Assembly (NCBI GenBank): GCA_029881495.1 | Contig: JAOUMJ010000008.1 | Coordinates: forward strand, 7,160-39,159 | Length of the DNA: 32,000 nt | Source: Nitrospinota bacterium | Lineage (GTDB): Bacteria; Nitrospinota_A; UBA7883; JACRGQ01 | Direction of reading: 5' to 3' | In this document: piece by piece, positions 29,012 through 32,000 of the stretch | Layout: every line of letters begins with the position of its first letter | How positions within the stretch are numbered: the stretch's first letter is position 1 | Notes under the pieces: generated by a model | Told to the model about the DNA's origin: nothing | What the model saw: the letters and a program-made list of their open reading frames with translations, nothing else | Database searches by the model: none | Translations under genes and position numbers: made by a program

Positions 29012-29518
29012 TTGTCTTTTGTAAACAGGTTCAGACTGCGGATGAAGGAACGCCGCGCCGTAATGCCGGGTGCGAGTGAATTCAAGCAGGCGGCCATTGT
29101 TTACGTCGCCCTTAAGAGCGTCATCATCTTTCTCACCGCGAATTACATCCACTGCGCGACATGCGGGGATACCACTTTTCTAAGACAGGCTATCCACCTT
29201 ATACTCTTCAGCCATTTTCTCTGGGCGGGGATGCGGTTGACGTCGCTCACCATCGGCCTTGCGTGCGTTGCCAGGGGGATAGCCTATATGGTGAACTATT
29301 TTTTCAAAACGACTTTCCTGCTATATCTTCCGATTACCGGTACGAAGCTTTCCGTGCTGAATGAAGGGGCCGCCGGGAATTCCATCTTTCTTGTAAATTC
29401 CCTTCTCCTTTTCGCGATAGCGGGGATGATATTCCGCGCAGTGAAGGCAAGGAGTTCAACTAGCGTTGAAGAGGAGCCGGAGTCGGCCCCCGTTGAGCTT
29501 CCCGCCAGATCCTTCTGA
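29012..29518 (+). CDS. Hypothetical membrane protein (168 aa)
   Basis: Several hydrophobic segments (AAIVYVALKSVIIFLTA, AIHLILFSHFLW, LTIGLACVARGIAYMV, IFLVNSLLLFAIAGMIF); TTG start with SD-like GAGGGGG; start uncertain. Confidence 0.6.
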   Translation: MSFVNRFRLRMKERRAVMPGASEFKQAAIVYVALKSVIIFLTANYIHCATCGDTTFLRQAIHLILFSHFLWAGMRLTSLTIGLACVARGIAYMVNYFFKTTFLLYLPITGTKLSVLNEGAAGNSIFLVNSLLLFAIAGMIFRAVKARSSTSVEEEPESAPVELPARSF

Positions 29519-29529
29519 CGCCTCGGCGA

Positions 29530-30258
29530 TCAGGTTTCGTGCTCCGTAAGTTTCAGGAAGATAGCCTCCAGCTGATTTGAATCTGAATCTGCTTTCTTTT
29601 GCAGTTCGTCGACCGTACCGCTGGCGATTACCTCACCCTTTTCGATTATCGAAATCCTGTGGCAAAGCTCCTGCGCCACCGCAAGGGTGTGAGTCGACAT
29701 GAAGATGGTTTTCCCTTCCTCGCAAAAGCTTCTGAAGAGGTCCTTTACAATCTTATGTCCGTGCGGATCGAGGCCGACCATCGGCTCGTCGATAATCAGA
29801 TATTTCGGATGGTGTATCAGTGCGCCGGTGATAACCAGTTTCTGTTTCATCCCGTGTGAGTAGTTTTCAATAAGCTCATCGATCCGGTCGGCAAGGGAGA
29901 ATATCTTCAGCAGTTCGCTCCTTTTCTGTTTCACGCTCTCCCTCGGTATTTCGTAGATGTCTAGCATGAAGTCGAGAAATTCCCTCCCAGTCAGTTTTTC
30001 ATATACGAAAGGCTTGTCGGGGATAAAGCCTATCAGCTTCTTGGCTCTCTTCGGTTCTTCCTGAATGTCGAATCCGCCGATTGTGATCCTCCCCGAAGTG
30101 GGGATGAGGAGCCCAACCATCATGTTTATGGTCGTAGTCTTTCCTGCGCCGTTCGGGCCGAGGAATCCAAAACAGACCCCTTCTTCGATCGCGAAGGAGA
30201 GGTTCTTTACAGCCTTTACGCTGCCGTAATCCTTGCTGACGTTCTCGAAACGAATCAT
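29530..30258 (-). CDS. ABC transporter ATP-binding protein (ABC-2/export type)
   Basis: 242 aa; Walker A GFLGPNGAGKTTTINMMVGLLIPTSG, signature NYSHGMKQKLVITGALIHHPKYLIIDEPMVGLDPHG. Confidence 0.95.
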   Translation of the reverse strand: MIRFENVSKDYGSVKAVKNLSFAIEEGVCFGFLGPNGAGKTTTINMMVGLLIPTSGRITIGGFDIQEEPKRAKKLIGFIPDKPFVYEKLTGREFLDFMLDIYEIPRESVKQKRSELLKIFSLADRIDELIENYSHGMKQKLVITGALIHHPKYLIIDEPMVGLDPHGHKIVKDLFRSFCEEGKTIFMSTHTLAVAQELCHRISIIEKGEVIASGTVDELQKKADSDSNQLEAIFLKLTEHET

Positions 30259-30388
30259 ATCTAGATTATATATGACGACAGCCGCCTCTGCCGGTGCCGG
30301 TGAATCTCCCCTGCGGGCCGACAGATAGCGACGTTAGTCCAGAAGCTATCTCTCTTACGGGGAGGCGATCTCGCTGTATAATGCGGAG

Positions 30389-30991
30389 ATGATCCGCGAT
30401 CTGATATTGAAAAGCCGTTCCTATCGCCGGTTCCATCAGGAGGTGGCGGTTGGAGAGTCGACGCTTAGAGAGCTTGTCGATCTTGCGCGTCTGTCGCCTT
30501 CCGCCGCGAATAAACAGCCGCTCAAGTATGTTCTATCGCATGAGGGGGAGAAGAACGCGAAAATATTTCCGCATCTCGCATGGGCGGGGTATTTGAAGGA
30601 TTGGCCCGGCCCTGAGGAGGGGGAGAGGCCGTCCGCGTATATCATTATCCTGCTCGATACGAGGATAAGTAAAAAGGTCGATTGCGATCATGGTATTGCG
30701 GCGCAGTCGATCATGCTGGGGGCCGTTGAAAAAGGATTTGGCGGGACGATAATTTCGTCCGTGAAGAGAGAGGAACTTTCCAAATTGTTGGGGCTGCCGG
30801 ATTATCTGGAGATCCTTCTTGTCCTCGCGATCGGCAAGCCGAAGGAGGAGGTAGTTATAGAGGAGAGCGGCGAGCTTGGCCCCGACGGCGACATAAAATA
30901 TTGGCGCGACGAAAACCAAACCCACCATATCCCCAAACGCCCTCTGGATGAGGTTTTATTTAACGATCAACTAAAAAGTTCGAGTTATTAA
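30389..30991 (+). CDS. Nitroreductase-family flavoprotein
   Basis: 200 aa; N-term ILKSRSYRRFHQEVAVGESTLRELVDLARLSPSAANKQPLKYVL, GIAAQSIMLGAVEKGFGGTII, GLPDYLEILLVLAIGKPKE. Confidence 0.9.
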   Translation: MIRDLILKSRSYRRFHQEVAVGESTLRELVDLARLSPSAANKQPLKYVLSHEGEKNAKIFPHLAWAGYLKDWPGPEEGERPSAYIIILLDTRISKKVDCDHGIAAQSIMLGAVEKGFGGTIISSVKREELSKLLGLPDYLEILLVLAIGKPKEEVVIEESGELGPDGDIKYWRDENQTHHIPKRPLDEVLFNDQLKSSSY

Positions 30992-31059
30992 ATTAATCCT
31001 CTGCTGTCCATAGATGAATAGTTTGCTCCATCCTTGCCATTGCTTTCGGTTTACAAAAA

Positions 31060-31965
31060 TCAGGTACCCGTTGCGGGTGGTTCAATGCTTTCGGTTTTCT
31101 TGTGCAATTTTTCGTTTAAAGTAAATTCGGCAATTTGTTTTTTTAGATTCTCAATTGTCTCTTGTTTAAGTTTTAATTCATCCTCCGCTTTCTCCGCTTT
31201 CTTTTCAATATCATAAAGCTGGTCTTTTACTTTTTTAAGCTCGGTGTTGGCTTCTGAAAGTTGGTTTTTAAATATTTCCGCGGCATCAGTAGCTTCTTTG
31301 ATTTTTAAGTCTTTTTCCGATAATGCCGCTTTCAAGTCGTTGGCTAGATTCTTGCTATTAGAAATGTTTTTGGCAAGTTCATCAATGTCTTTTTGTTTTG
31401 CTTTGTTCTTTTCAAATAACTCTTCAACCTGTTTGTTTTTAGCTTCGATTAGTTTATTGTTTTCTCTTTTATCTTTTTCGAGTTCGGCCACCTGTTGTGC
31501 GTATTGGTCTTTTGTTTGTTCAGCTATTCTAATTTTCTCTTCAATCAGCTTTCTGGCATTAGCATCTTTTTTTGAATTGGTATCCAGTTGTTCAAGTTCT
31601 CTTTTTAGGGCATGAATATTCTCATCGGACTTTTGTTTGTTTTTTTCTAGCTCAGAGATTGTTTTGGTTTTTTGGGCGTTTTCTTCCTCAAGGTTGATAA
31701 TGCCCAAATGTTTATAATTTTTCTCGATTTCATCGAATTTCAAAGAAGCTTCCCTGAAATTCAGATGAAAAAGCGGCTCATTTTCATTTACCATTTTTGC
31801 GAATAGGCCGGCCTTTAAAACGCCGCTGGTAGTTTTGAAATCCGAACTGTTTGTTAGTGTCAAAACGTCAGTCATGACTTTTGCTTGCAACTTTTTTAGT
31901 TCAATGTCGTTAATAGCATTTTGGACCGTGCATGGGCCGAAAAGCGCAGTTATGGCAACAGCCAT
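31060..31965 (-). CDS. Coiled-coil protein with N-terminal hydrophobic segment; true start may lie beyond the window
   Basis: Long Lys/Glu-rich heptad region after MAVAITALFGPCTVQNAINDIELKKLQ. The frame stays open to the window end (IIDSILKPSF before the ATG) and no SD precedes the ATG at 31965. Confidence 0.7.
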   Translation of the reverse strand: MAVAITALFGPCTVQNAINDIELKKLQAKVMTDVLTLTNSSDFKTTSGVLKAGLFAKMVNENEPLFHLNFREASLKFDEIEKNYKHLGIINLEEENAQKTKTISELEKNKQKSDENIHALKRELEQLDTNSKKDANARKLIEEKIRIAEQTKDQYAQQVAELEKDKRENNKLIEAKNKQVEELFEKNKAKQKDIDELAKNISNSKNLANDLKAALSEKDLKIKEATDAAEIFKNQLSEANTELKKVKDQLYDIEKKAEKAEDELKLKQETIENLKKQIAEFTLNEKLHKKTESIEPPATGT

Positions 31966-32000
31966 GAATGAAGGTTTTAATATTGAATCAATTATTCTGT

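Noticed and set aside
31034-31615. Ser/Phe-rich plus-strand ORFs of 60 and 123 aa
   Set aside because: Antisense shadow of the Lys/Glu-rich coiled-coil gene.

Overview
The window looks like a chromosomal segment of a flagellated, molybdenum-cofactor-making bacterium with a gene layout reminiscent of Desulfobacterota; that placement is inference only. From left to right it holds: (1) the end of a nuo operon (nuoL partial, nuoM, nuoN) and tRNA-Leu(CAA); (2) a flagellar basal-body/hook/export locus split into a minus-strand fliK-flgD-flgE unit and a plus-strand flgB-flgC-fliF-fliG-fliH-fliI-fliJ-motE unit, with near-consensus sigma-54 elements between the two units and no fliE at its usual place; (3) aspS, gltX, a small protein that looks like a catalytically dead Y1 (IS200/TnpA-like) transposase, a bactofilin, tRNA-Arg(TCG) and an HD-GYP protein; (4) an AT-rich interval (about 22.3-23.95 kb) with three small unassigned minus-strand ORFs, each preceded by a sigma-54-like -24/-12 element (one a perfect consensus match), plus a divergent sigma-70-type promoter leading to an intrinsic terminator and so a candidate sRNA of about 155 nt; (5) a molybdenum cofactor cluster (moaA divergent from moaD-moaE-moeA-mobB/mobA fusion-moaC-mogA), in which MoaD carries residues after its Gly-Gly; (6) a membrane protein, an orphan ABC ATPase, a nitroreductase, and a coiled-coil protein that may run off the window edge. 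The best leads are the sigma-54-linked small-ORF/sRNA interval and the inactivated Y1 transposase-like protein. All family calls are from reading motifs; no database search was run.
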